From: Escherichia phage FL18
Sequence record: PP400780
DNA length: 64,000 bases
Reading direction: 5' to 3' (one strand)
Within the stretch, counting starts at the first letter, position 1. Every line of letters begins with the position of its first letter. The translations under genes were made by a program, and so were the position numbers. Of this stretch, positions 9,252 through 19,518 are shown one piece after another. The notes under the pieces were generated by a model. That model did no database searches. It saw only the letters and a list, made by a program, of their open reading frames with translations, and was not told the DNA's origin.

Positions 9252-9274
9252 GAATTAACTAATGAGGAAATAAT

Positions 9275-10294
9275 ATGAAAATTTTGCACTTAGGCGACTT
9301 CCATATCGGAGTCAAACAAGACGACCCATGGGTTCAAGATATTCAACGTGATGGTATTCGACAAGCAATTGAATACTCTAAGAAACACGGGATTAAAACT
9401 TGGATTCAGTACGGTGATTGGTTTGACGTCCGTAAAGCAATAACACATCGTACAATGGAATTCAATCGTGAAATCGTTGATATGATTTCTAAAGCAGGCA
9501 TTCACGTTCATGTCACGATAGGAAACCATGACATGGCGTTTAAGAATACAATAACACCTAACACTGTTTCTGAATTGTTAACTCAATTTGAAAACTTTAC
9601 TATTTACGAGCATCCGACTACTGTAGATTTTGACGGATGTCTGATTGATATCGTTCCATGGATGTGTGAAGAAAATACAGGTGAAATCTTAGAGCACATC
9701 AAGACTTCTTCTGCCGCATATTGTGTTGGGCACTGGGAACTGAATGGCTTTTATTTCTATAAAGGGATGAAGTCTCATGGGCTTGAACCTGATTTCTTAA
9801 AGACCTATAAACAAGTCTGGTCTGGCCACTTCCATACAATCTCTGAAGCTGCTAACGTCAAATATATTGGGACACCATGGACCCTTACTGCAGGTGATGA
9901 GAACGACCCTCGCGGATTCTGGGTATTTGACACTGATGTTGAACGTATGGAATTTATTCCTAATGAAACAACATGGCATCGACGAATCACTTATCCATTT
10001 AAAGGCAAAATCAATTATTCTGATTATACTAATCTAGCCGTACGTGTTATAGTATCAGAAATTGATTCAGAGTTGACTAAGTTTGAATCTGAACTTGAAA
10101 AAGTAGTTCACTCTCTTCGTATGGTTTCTAAAGTTGATAACAGTGTTGAATCTGATGACGACCAGGAAATCGAGATTAAATCACTTCAAGATATCATTAA
10201 AGAATATATTGACGCGATTCCAGATATCTCAGACGAAGACAGAGAAGCGCTGGTCAAATATTCCAACGAACTTTATATTGAGGCGACACAATGA
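9275..10294 (+). CDS. 47: recombination endonuclease subunit gp47 (Mre11/SbcD-like)
   Basis: 339 aa; phosphoesterase motifs LHLGDFH, GDWFD, GNHD, GHWE, GHFH. Confidence 0.9.
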   Translation: MKILHLGDFHIGVKQDDPWVQDIQRDGIRQAIEYSKKHGIKTWIQYGDWFDVRKAITHRTMEFNREIVDMISKAGIHVHVTIGNHDMAFKNTITPNTVSELLTQFENFTIYEHPTTVDFDGCLIDIVPWMCEENTGEILEHIKTSSAAYCVGHWELNGFYFYKGMKSHGLEPDFLKTYKQVWSGHFHTISEAANVKYIGTPWTLTAGDENDPRGFWVFDTDVERMEFIPNETTWHRRITYPFKGKINYSDYTNLAVRVIVSEIDSELTKFESELEKVVHSLRMVSKVDNSVESDDDQEIEIKSLQDIIKEYIDAIPDISDEDREALVKYSNELYIEATQ

Positions 10295-10548
10295 CTTTAG
10301 ATGAATTTAATAATGCTGGTCTTGGGCTTGAAGTTGAAATAGACGTTAAAGATGATGATGGATTCGAGAACACTATCAAGTATTGGATTGAACCATTACG
10401 TGTTGAAGGCAATGAAGTTAAAGCAGTTCATGTCTGCACCGACTGGGCTATTGAATTTAGCTTTAATATAATGGACAACGATACTCCCGGCTCTATTCTT
10501 AAAATGGCTGAAGCGTGTATTGAGGATGCGTATAATGACGAAGACTGA
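10291..10548 (+). CDS. hypothetical acidic protein (46.x series)
   Basis: 85-aa ORF, ATGA overlap with gp47. Confidence 0.55.
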   Translation: MTLDEFNNAGLGLEVEIDVKDDDGFENTIKYWIEPLRVEGNEVKAVHVCTDWAIEFSFNIMDNDTPGSILKMAEACIEDAYNDED

Positions 10549-10774
10549 TTATGAAATCCATCGTCATGAATTTAGTATTGGTGACGGTTATATTGGTATC
10601 GTTGAATGGACTGAGAATTACGAGGAATCAACTCCTCGTTTCTTTGGAACAATGTATGTTACCTGTGAGTACGCACCAGGTGTTGTTATGTATGCAGAAC
10701 TAGATGAATATTTTGCTGATAGGGATGACATGTTAAAATATGTAGAGGACTTCATTCGAAGAGAATACATATGA
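10535..10774 (+). CDS. hypothetical protein (46.x series)
   Basis: ATG with GAGGA RBS inside ORF 10520..10774 (track start is TTG). Confidence 0.5.
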   Translation: MTKTDYEIHRHEFSIGDGYIGIVEWTENYEESTPRFFGTMYVTCEYAPGVVMYAELDEYFADRDDMLKYVEDFIRREYI

Positions 10775-12459
10775 AATCATTTAAATTAAATCGTGTTCGT
10801 TATCAAAACATCATGTCGGTAGGTGGGAATCCTATTGATATCCAATTAGATAAAGTCCAAAAGACATTAATCACCGGTAAAAATGGCGGCGGTAAATCTA
10901 CGATGTTAGAAGCCGTTACTTTCGGACTTTTCGGTAAACCATTTCGTGATGTTAAGAAAGGACAAATCATTAATAGCACGAACAAGAAAGAGCTCTTAGT
11001 TGAGCTTTGGATGGAATTCGATGATAAAAAATACTTCATTAAACGTGGCCAAAAGCCCAATATTTTCGAAATCTCCGTTGACGGTGTTCGTCTCGATGAA
11101 TCTGCCAGCAGTCGTGACTTCCAAGAAGAATTTGAACGTAGCATCGGAATGTCATACGCGTCTTTTAAACAGATCGTTGTGCTTGGGACGGCAGGGTATA
11201 CCCCTTTCATGGCTCTTAGCACCCCTGCTCGTAGAAAACTTGTCGAAGACCTTTTAGAAGTCGGCACACTCGCTGAAATGGATAAAATCAATAAGTCTCA
11301 AGTTCGCGAACTTAATTCTCAGGGACAAGTTCTTGATGCCAAGAAAGATGGTGTTATCCAACAAATTAAGATTTATAACGAGAATATCGAACGTCAAAAG
11401 AAATTATCTGGTGATAATGTAGCGCGTCTACAGAATATGTATGACGACCTAGCCAAAGAAGCTCGTTCATTAAAAGCAGAAATCGAAGAAGCTAATGAGC
11501 GACTACTTAATATCGTTCTTGATGAAGACCCTACTGAGGCATTCAACAAGATAGGACAAGAAGCATTCTTGATTAAATCTAAAATCGACTCATACAACAA
11601 AGTTATTAAGATGTATCATGACGGTGGCACATGTCCTACTTGTGCATCACAATTGCACCAGGGTGACCCTATTGTCTCTAAGATTACCGATAAGCTTCAT
11701 GAATGTAATCACTCATTCGAGCAACTTACCTGTCACAGAGATAATCTGAGTGTCCTAGTTGATGAATATAGAGCTAATGTTAAGACTAAGCAGGACCTTG
11801 CATCTGATATTCGTACCAAGAAACAAGCAATGATTGCCACTATTGATAAAGCTAAGAAAGTTAAAGCTGCAATAGAACAAGCCTCGGCGGAATTTATCGA
11901 CCATGCTGATGAGGTAGCTTTGCTTCAAAAAGAACTTGATAAAATCATTAAAACAAAATCAGATATCGTTCTTGAAAAATATCATCGTGGTATTATCACA
12001 GATATGTTAAAAGATTCTGGTATTAAAGGTGCTATCATTAAAAAATATGTGCCTCTGTTTAATAAGCAGATTAACCATTATCTTAAAATCATGGAAGCCG
12101 ATTACGTGTTTTCTATTGACGAAGAATTCAATGAATCTATAAAATCACGTGGCCGTGAAGAGTTCAGTTATGCTTCATTTAGTCAAGGTGAAAAGGCACG
12201 TATCGATATCGCATTGTTGTTTACATGGCGAGATATTGCTGAAAAGGTTTCTGGTGTTAAAATCAACACTCTAATTCTTGATGAGGTTTTTGATGGTGCT
12301 GTCGATTCTGAGGCTGTTAAGGCTATAGATACCATCCTTGGTAGTTTACAAAATACTAACGTGTTCATTATCTCTCATCGAGACCATGACCCTCAACGTT
12401 ATGGACAACATCTTCAAATGAGCAAAGTTGGACGATTTACTGTGATGACTGTCTCATAA
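10771..12459 (+). CDS. 46: recombination endonuclease subunit gp46 (Rad50/SbcC-like ATPase)
   Basis: 562 aa; Walker A GKNGGGKST, central coiled coil with CPTC zinc hook, C-terminal LILDEVFDG Walker B/signature. Confidence 0.9.
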   Translation: MKSFKLNRVRYQNIMSVGGNPIDIQLDKVQKTLITGKNGGGKSTMLEAVTFGLFGKPFRDVKKGQIINSTNKKELLVELWMEFDDKKYFIKRGQKPNIFEISVDGVRLDESASSRDFQEEFERSIGMSYASFKQIVVLGTAGYTPFMALSTPARRKLVEDLLEVGTLAEMDKINKSQVRELNSQGQVLDAKKDGVIQQIKIYNENIERQKKLSGDNVARLQNMYDDLAKEARSLKAEIEEANERLLNIVLDEDPTEAFNKIGQEAFLIKSKIDSYNKVIKMYHDGGTCPTCASQLHQGDPIVSKITDKLHECNHSFEQLTCHRDNLSVLVDEYRANVKTKQDLASDIRTKKQAMIATIDKAKKVKAAIEQASAEFIDHADEVALLQKELDKIIKTKSDIVLEKYHRGIITDMLKDSGIKGAIIKKYVPLFNKQINHYLKIMEADYVFSIDEEFNESIKSRGREEFSYASFSQGEKARIDIALLFTWRDIAEKVSGVKINTLILDEVFDGAVDSEAVKAIDTILGSLQNTNVFIISHRDHDPQRYGQHLQMSKVGRFTVMTVS

Positions 12460-12513
12460 ACGCTTTAACATGATGTGGTTATAATGACCACATCAAATTA
12501 AATGGAGAACAAC

Positions 12514-12702
12514 ATGGAGTATTCAACCGGTCAACATCTTCTTGTTGTCCCTGAAATTAAAAAATATGTTTTGACCAATACGTTTTCAGGTGAAGAACAT
12601 ATTGTTACTGAACAAATGCTCAAATCTGCTTTTAAAGATGAGTATAATAAAATAATGTCTAATCGCAATTCCGCATGGACAGTTACCGACTTCTACGAAT
12701 AA
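12514..12702 (+). CDS. hypothetical protein (45.2-like position)
   Basis: 62 aa from second ATG with GGAG RBS. Confidence 0.45.
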   Translation: MEYSTGQHLLVVPEIKKYVLTNTFSGEEHIVTEQMLKSAFKDEYNKIMSNRNSAWTVTDFYE

Positions 12703-12714
12703 GAGAGAAATAAT

Positions 12715-13131
12715 ATGTTTACTACTGTTAAAGGTTTCACTGCTGCTGATCTGAAAGTTACTTCTATCCGTACTGACGCTAACCCACATAACCATAATCG
12801 TGTTCGTAAAGCATGGGTCCTGCATTGTGATGAAGCAAGTGCTAAAAAACTCCAATCTTTGCCACAAGAAACTCGTTTTATGATTTATGGTTTTATTGAT
12901 AACGATGTATCTGATATGTGGATTCATCTGATGCGTAAGCACTATAAAGATTCTATCGAAGCAGGTGCTAAAATCGTTCTTGATAAAGACGGTTCTGAGC
13001 GTCTGGAAGATTTCTACTGTGTTGATGCCGACGAACAACTAATTGCAGCTGGCGAAATTGTTGCTTCTAAAATTCCAGAATATATTGAATCACTGCCTGA
13101 AGCTATTAAAAAGCAGATGGTTGCTGCTTGA
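12715..13131 (+). CDS. hypothetical protein (position of T4 rpbA)
   Basis: 138-aa ORF between gene 46 and gene 45; assignment by synteny only. Confidence 0.55.
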   Translation: MFTTVKGFTAADLKVTSIRTDANPHNHNRVRKAWVLHCDEASAKKLQSLPQETRFMIYGFIDNDVSDMWIHLMRKHYKDSIEAGAKIVLDKDGSERLEDFYCVDADEQLIAAGEIVASKIPEYIESLPEAIKKQMVAA

Positions 13132-14028
13132 TAATTATGAATTTAATATATCTTATAACCTTTTATAATCGTGAGATTAAAAATGAATACCCGTGTTATT
13201 ATATAGGTTCTAAAGTTTCGTGTCATTTTAATGGAAAGGATATTATTGAAGATTCTACCGGTAAAATATATACCGGTAGTGTTAATTCCTCGTATTCTCC
13301 TTTATATAACAGATTAATAGACCAAGGCGAATATTCTGTAAAAATTTTAGGCGAAACCACATTAGACCCTAGAAGAATAGAAAGACTATTCCAACTCAAT
13401 GTTAAAGCCGTTTCAAATGAAAAATATTTTAATAAGGCTTATGCTAACGAGAAGTCTAGAATATCAGCTAAAGGATATGCACCGTATAAAAATTTAAAAA
13501 CAGGCAAAATAGTAAAACTTTCTAAAAACGAAATAAACGAAGATTACGTCGGTGTTAGAAAAAATTGCAAATTGTCGGAGAATCATTTAAACGCAATTAG
13601 AGAATTTCAAAAAAACATATTGGACCAAAGAACGAAGAGAGAAAGTTTCTATTCGTTCTAAAAAAATGTTTAACGATAGAGATTTTGCTTTAAAATTTAA
13701 AGATATAATGAATTCTCCTAATGTTAAAGATAAAATAAAAATATCTAAAACATTGTATTGGTCTAAACCTGAAAATAGAGCAAAGGCCTCTATCGCAGCT
13801 TCGAAAAGAAATGCAACCAAAGAATTTAAGGATAAATTCAGAAAATCTAAAGCTAGAGGTACATGGATATTTCATGAACAAAAATTAAAGGAATTGTGGA
13901 TTGCTTTAGGAAAACCAAGTTATATTACATTTAGAAAACATGCAATTCAGCATGGTTTTAATGATGAATCATACCAAGGTGCTATCCGGTCTTGGACAAA
14001 TTATTATGCTAATAGGAAACCTAAATGA
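13128..14028 (+). pseudogene. GIY-YIG-like homing endonuclease gene split in two frames (13128..13661 and 13666..14028)
   Basis: N-part has YYIGSK/KYFNKAYAN motifs paralogous to ORF 2922..3590; C-part is basic DNA-binding-like; frames differ by one at an A7 run (ctaaaaaaatg). Confidence 0.5.
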
Positions 14029-14711
14029 AACTTAGCCGTGAAACCGTAAATATTCTGAAAAACTTCGCTTCTATTAACTCTGGCATTCTGCTGAGTCAAG
14101 GTAAATTTATTATGACTCGTGCAGTTAATGGCACCACTTATGCGGAAGCAAATATCTCTGATGAAATTGATTTTGACGTAGCACTTTATGATTTGAATAG
14201 CTTCTTAAGCATTTTGAGTCTAGTGTCTGATGATGCTGAAATTTCAATGCACACTGATGGCAATATTAAAATTGCAGATACACGTTCCACAGTTTATTGG
14301 CCTGCCGCTGACAAGAGCACCATTGTTTTTCCTAATAAGCCAATTCAATTCCCAGTGGCTTCTGTGATTACTGAAATTAAAGCTGAAGACCTTCAACAAT
14401 TGCTTCGAGTTTCACGTGGACTTCAGATTGATACAATTGCTATTACAAATAAAGATGGTAAAATTGTTATCAATGGCTATAATAAAGTTGAAGATTCCGG
14501 ACTAACTCGTCCTAAGTATTCTTTGACTCTTACTGATTATGACGGTTCTAATAACTTTAACTTCGTAATCAATATGGCTAATATGAAAATCCAGCCAGGT
14601 AACTATAAAGTAATGTTGTGGGGAGCTGGTGATAAAGTTGCAGCTAAGTTTGAAAGCTCTCAAGTAAGTTATGTTATTGCGATGGAAGCCGATTCTACTC
14701 ACGACTTCTAA
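14025..14711 (+). CDS. 45: sliding clamp gp45
   Basis: 228 aa, near-identical to T4 gp45 as recalled. Confidence 0.95.
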   Translation: MKLSRETVNILKNFASINSGILLSQGKFIMTRAVNGTTYAEANISDEIDFDVALYDLNSFLSILSLVSDDAEISMHTDGNIKIADTRSTVYWPAADKSTIVFPNKPIQFPVASVITEIKAEDLQQLLRVSRGLQIDTIAITNKDGKIVINGYNKVEDSGLTRPKYSLTLTDYDGSNNFNFVINMANMKIQPGNYKVMLWGAGDKVAAKFESSQVSYVIAMEADSTHDF

Positions 14712-14752
14712 GTCAAAGCTTTACGTTTATTGTGATACGATTATGGAGGAGA

Positions 14753-14768
14753 AATCCTCCAGTTTAAT
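14753..14768 (+). other. GNRA-loop hairpin upstream of gene 44
   Basis: GGAGGA-GAAA-TCCTCC stem-loop 19 nt before the gene 44 RBS. Confidence 0.3.
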
Positions 14769-14786
14769 GATAATGAGGAAAATTAC

Positions 14787-15749
14787 ATGATTACTATCAA
14801 TTCCAAAGAACACATTCTAGAACAGAAATATCGTCCTTCTTCCATTGACGAATGTATTCTGCCTGCGTATGACCATGAAACATTCAAGTCTTTAGTATCT
14901 AAAGGAAAACTTCCTCATATTATTTTGCACTCTCCATCTCCTGGTACCGGTAAAACAACCGTAGCAAAAGCATTATGTAATGATATCAATGCCGAAATGA
15001 TGTTCGTCAACGGTTCTGATTGTAAGATTGATTTTGTGCGTGGTCCATTAACTGCATTCGCTCGTTCAGTCTCAATGGAAGGCAAGCCTAAAGTTATTGT
15101 TATTGATGAATTTGACCGTAGTGGCCTCGCCGAATCACAACGGCACCTTCGTACATTCATGGAAGAATTCTCTAGTAACTGTTCTATTATTATTACTGCC
15201 AACAACATCGATGGAATTATTGAACCATTACGTAGTCGTTGTCGAGTTATCGAATTCGGACGTCCAACCGAAGAAGATAAAATCTCAATGATGAAGAAAA
15301 TGATTCATCGTATGGTTGAAATCTGTAAGAACGAAAATATCGAAATCGCTGATATGAAAGTTGTTGCAGCTCTGGTTAAAAAGAACTTCCCAGACTTTCG
15401 TCGTACAATTGGTCAATTAGACCAGTACTCGTCTAAAGGTGTTCTTGATGCGGGTATTTTGTCTATCGTAACTAATGACCGTGGCACAGTCTCTGATGTT
15501 ATCGAAGCAATGAAGAACAAAGATATCAAACAGCTTCGTGCATTAGCTCCAAAATATGCCGCTGATTATTCATGGTTCATCGATAAATTAGTTTCAGAAT
15601 GTTATGACCAAGTTGCGCCTGGTAAAAGTATTATTTCGCTTTACGAAATTGCAGGTGAAAATAATAAGTTTCATGGACTAGCTAGTAATATTGAATTACA
15701 TGTTATGTATATGCTTCTTCAACTGACTTGTGAATTGACTTGGAAATAA
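14787..15749 (+). CDS. 44: clamp loader large subunit gp44 (AAA+)
   Basis: 320 aa; Walker [19 protein letters not shown] Walker B, SRC motif. Confidence 0.95.
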   Translation: MITINSKEHILEQKYRPSSIDECILPAYDHETFKSLVSKGKLPHIILHSPSPGTGKTTVAKALCNDINAEMMFVNGSDCKIDFVRGPLTAFARSVSMEGKPKVIVIDEFDRSGLAESQRHLRTFMEEFSSNCSIIITANNIDGIIEPLRSRCRVIEFGRPTEEDKISMMKKMIHRMVEICKNENIEIADMKVVAALVKKNFPDFRRTIGQLDQYSSKGVLDAGILSIVTNDRGTVSDVIEAMKNKDIKQLRALAPKYAADYSWFIDKLVSECYDQVAPGKSIISLYEIAGENNKFHGLASNIELHVMYMLLQLTCELTWK

Positions 15750-15750
15750 T

Positions 15751-16314
15751 ATGAACTTATTTGATGATGACGTCCAGCTTAACGAGCACCAAATTGCATG
15801 GAAGTCTAACGACGCTGATGCGATTCAAAAATGTGCTGACATGTTTAAAGAAAAACCTGAGAATGAATTCTTTAAAATCATTAATGCTATTAATGAAAAG
15901 AAATCTATGTCAATTGCTCAGGTCGACTACTCAAAATTTATGGTTGAGAACTCATTATCCCAGTTCCCAGAATGTATGCCAGCCGTTTACATGATGAACT
16001 TAGTCGGTTCTGAATTAAGTGATGAAGCGCACTTCAACTATATGATGGCGGCAATTCCACGTGGCCGACGATTCTCTAAATGGGCTAAACTAGTCGAAGA
16101 CACTTCAGAGTTACTAGTTATCAAACTGTTGATGAAACATTACACAATCAACATGAATGATGCTACCGAGTATAAGCGGCTCCTTGAAAAAAATAACAAG
16201 TTGCCAATAGTCCTTAAAGAACTGAAGGCCATGGTCACTGATGAGTTTCTCAAAGAAGTTACAAAAAATGTGAAAGAACAAAAACAATTTAAAAAATTAG
16301 CATTGGAATGGTAA
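15751..16314 (+). CDS. 62: clamp loader small subunit gp62
   Basis: 187-aa ORF immediately after gp44, followed by regA, as in T4. Confidence 0.9.
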   Translation: MNLFDDDVQLNEHQIAWKSNDADAIQKCADMFKEKPENEFFKIINAINEKKSMSIAQVDYSKFMVENSLSQFPECMPAVYMMNLVGSELSDEAHFNYMMAAIPRGRRFSKWAKLVEDTSELLVIKLLMKHYTINMNDATEYKRLLEKNNKLPIVLKELKAMVTDEFLKEVTKNVKEQKQFKKLALEW

Positions 16315-16316
16315 AA

Positions 16317-16685
16317 ATGATCGAAATTAAATTGAAGAACCCCGAAGATTTTCTGAAAGTCAAAGAGACTCTGACCCGTATGGGCATCGCTAATAACAAG
16401 GATAAAGTTCTTTATCAGTCCTGTCATATCCTCCAAAAGCAAGGTAAATATTACATCGTCCACTTTAAAGAAATGCTGCGTATGGACGGACGTCAGGTTG
16501 ATATTGATGGTGAAGACTATCAGCGACGTGATTCGATTGCTCAGTTGCTTGAAGACTGGGGCTTGATTGTTATTGAAGACTCTGCTCGTGAAGATCTGTT
16601 TGGCCTGACTAATAACTTCCGTGTTATCTCTTTTAAACAGAAAGATGACTGGACTTTGAAAGCAAAATATACAATTGGTAATTAA
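16317..16685 (+). CDS. regA: translational repressor RegA
   Basis: 122 aa from internal ATG (MIEIKLKNPEDF), matches T4 RegA as recalled. Confidence 0.9.
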   Translation: MIEIKLKNPEDFLKVKETLTRMGIANNKDKVLYQSCHILQKQGKYYIVHFKEMLRMDGRQVDIDGEDYQRRDSIAQLLEDWGLIVIEDSAREDLFGLTNNFRVISFKQKDDWTLKAKYTIGN

Positions 16686-16689
16686 AGCA

Positions 16690-16710
16690 ATGGGACTTCG
16701 GTCCCATTTG
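16690..16710 (+). terminator. intrinsic terminator-like hairpin
   Basis: GGGAC-TTCG-GTCCC followed by ATTTGG; TATAAT at 16713-16718 follows. Confidence 0.45.
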
Positions 16711-16766
16711 GAGTATAATAAGTTCATCAACAAACAAAAGACAATAACTCGTCTAAAGGAAATTAA

Positions 16767-19478
16767 ATGAAAGAATTTTACTTAACGGTTGAACAGATTG
16801 GTGATTCAATTTTTGAACGTTACATCGATTCTAATGGCCGTGAACGTACTCGTGAAGTAGAATATAAACCATCACTGTTTGCTCATTGTCCAGAAAGTCA
16901 GGCTACGAAATATTTCGATATCTACGGTAAGCCGTGTACTCGTAAGTTGTTCGCTAATATGCGTGATGCCTCCCAATGGATTAAACGCATGGAAGATATC
17001 GGACTTGAAGCACTTGGCATGGACGATTTCAAATTGGCGTATTTGTCTGACACTTATAACTATGAAATCAAATACGACCATACAAAAATTCGTGTGGCTA
17101 ACTTCGACATCGAAGTAACATCTCCGGATGGGTTCCCTGAGCCATCACAAGCAAAACATCCGATTGATGCTATCACCCATTATGACTCAATTGACGACAG
17201 GTTCTACGTATTTGATCTATTGAATTCTCCATATGGTAATGTAGAAGAATGGTCTATTGAAATCGCTGCTAAGCTTCAAGAACAAGGCGGTGATGAAGTT
17301 CCATCTGAAATTATCGATAAAATCATTTATATGCCGTTCGATAACGAAAAAGAATTGTTGATGGAATATCTCAACTTCTGGCAACAGAAAACTCCTGTCA
17401 TTTTGACTGGATGGAACGTTGAGTCATTCGATATTCCATATGTGTATAACCGAATCAAGAATATTTTTGGCGAATCTACTGCGAAACGTTTATCACCGCA
17501 TCGTAAAACTCGTGTTAAAGTTATCGAAAACATGTATGGTTCTCGTGAAATCATTACATTGTTCGGTATCTCTGTTCTTGATTACATTGACCTTTACAAA
17601 AAATTCTCTTTTACCAATCAACCGTCGTATTCTCTGGATTACATTTCAGAATTTGAATTGAACGTTGGTAAACTGAAATATGATGGCCCTATTTCTAAGC
17701 TTCGTGAAAGCAATCACCAACGATATATAAGCTATAACATCATCGACGTGTATCGTGTATTGCAAATTGATGCTAAGCGTCAGTTCATCAACTTGAGTTT
17801 GGACATGGGTTATTATGCTAAGATACAGATTCAATCTGTGTTTAGCCCAATTAAAACATGGGATGCTATTATTTTTAATAGCCTTAAAGAGCAGAACAAG
17901 GTGATTCCACAAGGTCGTTCTCACCCGGTTCAACCTTATCCCGGCGCTTTTGTTAAGGAACCTATTCCAAATCGATACAAATATGTAATGAGTTTCGACC
18001 TTACATCTCTGTATCCAAGTATTATTCGCCAAGTGAATATTAGCCCGGAAACAATAGCAGGAACGTTTAAAGTAGCTCCATTGCATGATTATATTAACGC
18101 AATCGCTGAACGTCCTTCAGATGTGTACAGTTGCTCTCCTAACGGCATGATGTATTATAAAGACCGTGATGGTGTAGTTCCAACTGAAATCACTAAGGTC
18201 TTTAATCAACGTAAAGAACATAAAGGTTACATGCTTGCAGCTCAACGTAATGGTGAAATAATTAAAGAGGCATTGCATAATCCTAATCTTTCTGTTGACG
18301 AACCATTAGATGTTGATTATCGTTTCGACTTCAGCGATGAGATTAAAGAAAAGATTAAAAAGTTGTCTGCTAAATCTCTTAATGAAATGTTGTTTAGAGC
18401 TCAACGTACTGAAGTTGCAGGTATGACTGCACAAATTAACCGTAAATTGCTTATCAACTCGCTTTATGGTGCACTTGGAAACGTTTGGTTCCGTTATTAC
18501 GATTTGCGTAATGCAACTGCAATCACAACATTCGGGCAAATGGCTTTACAGTGGATTGAACGTAAAGTTAATGAATATCTGAATGAAGTTTGTGGTACAG
18601 AAGGTGAAGCTTTCGTTCTATATGGTGATACAGACTCCATTTATGTATCTGCAGATAAAATTATTGATAAGGTTGGTGAATCTAAATTCCGTGATACCAA
18701 CCATTGGGTAGACTTCTTAGATAAGTTTGCACGTGAACGTATGGAACCTGCTATTGATAGAGGTTTCCGTGAAATGTGCGAATACATGAACAATAAACAA
18801 CACTTAATGTTCATGGACCGAGAAGCTATCGCTGGGCCTCCGCTTGGTTCTAAAGGTATTGGCGGATTTTGGACTGGTAAGAAACGTTATGCATTAAACG
18901 TGTGGGATATGGAAGGTACTCGTTACGCTGAGCCTAAACTCAAAATCATGGGTCTAGAAACTCAGAAATCTTCGACCCCTAAAGCAGTACAGAAAGCTCT
19001 TAAAGAATGTATTCGTCGTATGCTTCAAGAAGGTGAAGAATCATTACAAGAATATTTTAAAGAGTTTGAAAAAGAATTCCGTCAATTGAATTATATTAGC
19101 ATCGCGTCGGTATCTTCTGCGAATAACATTGCTAAATATGACGTAGGTGGATTCCCTGGTCCTAAATGCCCGTTCCATATTCGTGGAATTCTGACATATA
19201 ACCGAGCTATCAAAGGTAATATCGATGCACCACAAGTTGTAGAAGGTGAAAAAGTATATGTTCTGCCTTTACGTGAAGGAAACCCATTCGGTGATAAATG
19301 TATCGCATGGCCTTCTGGTACTGAAATCACAGATTTAATTAAAGACGATGTACTTCATTGGATGGACTACACTGTTCTCCTTGAGAAGACATTTATTAAA
19401 CCACTTGAAGGATTCACATCAGCAGCGAAACTCGATTATGAGAAGAAAGCATCTCTGTTCGATATGTTCGATTTTTGA
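16767..19478 (+). CDS. 43: DNA polymerase gp43 (family B)
   Basis: 903 aa; exonuclease motif FDIE, polymerase motifs SLYPS, NSLYG, YGDTDS. Confidence 0.97.
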   Translation: MKEFYLTVEQIGDSIFERYIDSNGRERTREVEYKPSLFAHCPESQATKYFDIYGKPCTRKLFANMRDASQWIKRMEDIGLEALGMDDFKLAYLSDTYNYEIKYDHTKIRVANFDIEVTSPDGFPEPSQAKHPIDAITHYDSIDDRFYVFDLLNSPYGNVEEWSIEIAAKLQEQGGDEVPSEIIDKIIYMPFDNEKELLMEYLNFWQQKTPVILTGWNVESFDIPYVYNRIKNIFGESTAKRLSPHRKTRVKVIENMYGSREIITLFGISVLDYIDLYKKFSFTNQPSYSLDYISEFELNVGKLKYDGPISKLRESNHQRYISYNIIDVYRVLQIDAKRQFINLSLDMGYYAKIQIQSVFSPIKTWDAIIFNSLKEQNKVIPQGRSHPVQPYPGAFVKEPIPNRYKYVMSFDLTSLYPSIIRQVNISPETIAGTFKVAPLHDYINAIAERPSDVYSCSPNGMMYYKDRDGVVPTEITKVFNQRKEHKGYMLAAQRNGEIIKEALHNPNLSVDEPLDVDYRFDFSDEIKEKIKKLSAKSLNEMLFRAQRTEVAGMTAQINRKLLINSLYGALGNVWFRYYDLRNATAITTFGQMALQWIERKVNEYLNEVCGTEGEAFVLYGDTDSIYVSADKIIDKVGESKFRDTNHWVDFLDKFARERMEPAIDRGFREMCEYMNNKQHLMFMDREAIAGPPLGSKGIGGFWTGKKRYALNVWDMEGTRYAEPKLKIMGLETQKSSTPKAVQKALKECIRRMLQEGEESLQEYFKEFEKEFRQLNYISIASVSSANNIAKYDVGGFPGPKCPFHIRGILTYNRAIKGNIDAPQVVEGEKVYVLPLREGNPFGDKCIAWPSGTEITDLIKDDVLHWMDYTVLLEKTFIKPLEGFTSAAKLDYEKKASLFDMFDF

Positions 19479-19518
19479 TATAATGTCATGGACGGTAAAC
19501 TAATTAAATGAGAGAAAT

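Noticed and set aside
12586-13038. 150-aa ORF on the - strand
   Set aside because: Antisense to the 138-aa + strand ORF in a region where all real genes are co-directional; no start context.
16140-16733. 197-aa ORF on the - strand
   Set aside because: Entirely antisense to gp62 and regA, which are strongly conserved; hydrophobic low-complexity translation; no RBS. Spurious.
17646-18086. 146-aa ORF on the - strand inside gene 43
   Set aside because: Embedded antisense in DNA polymerase; no support.
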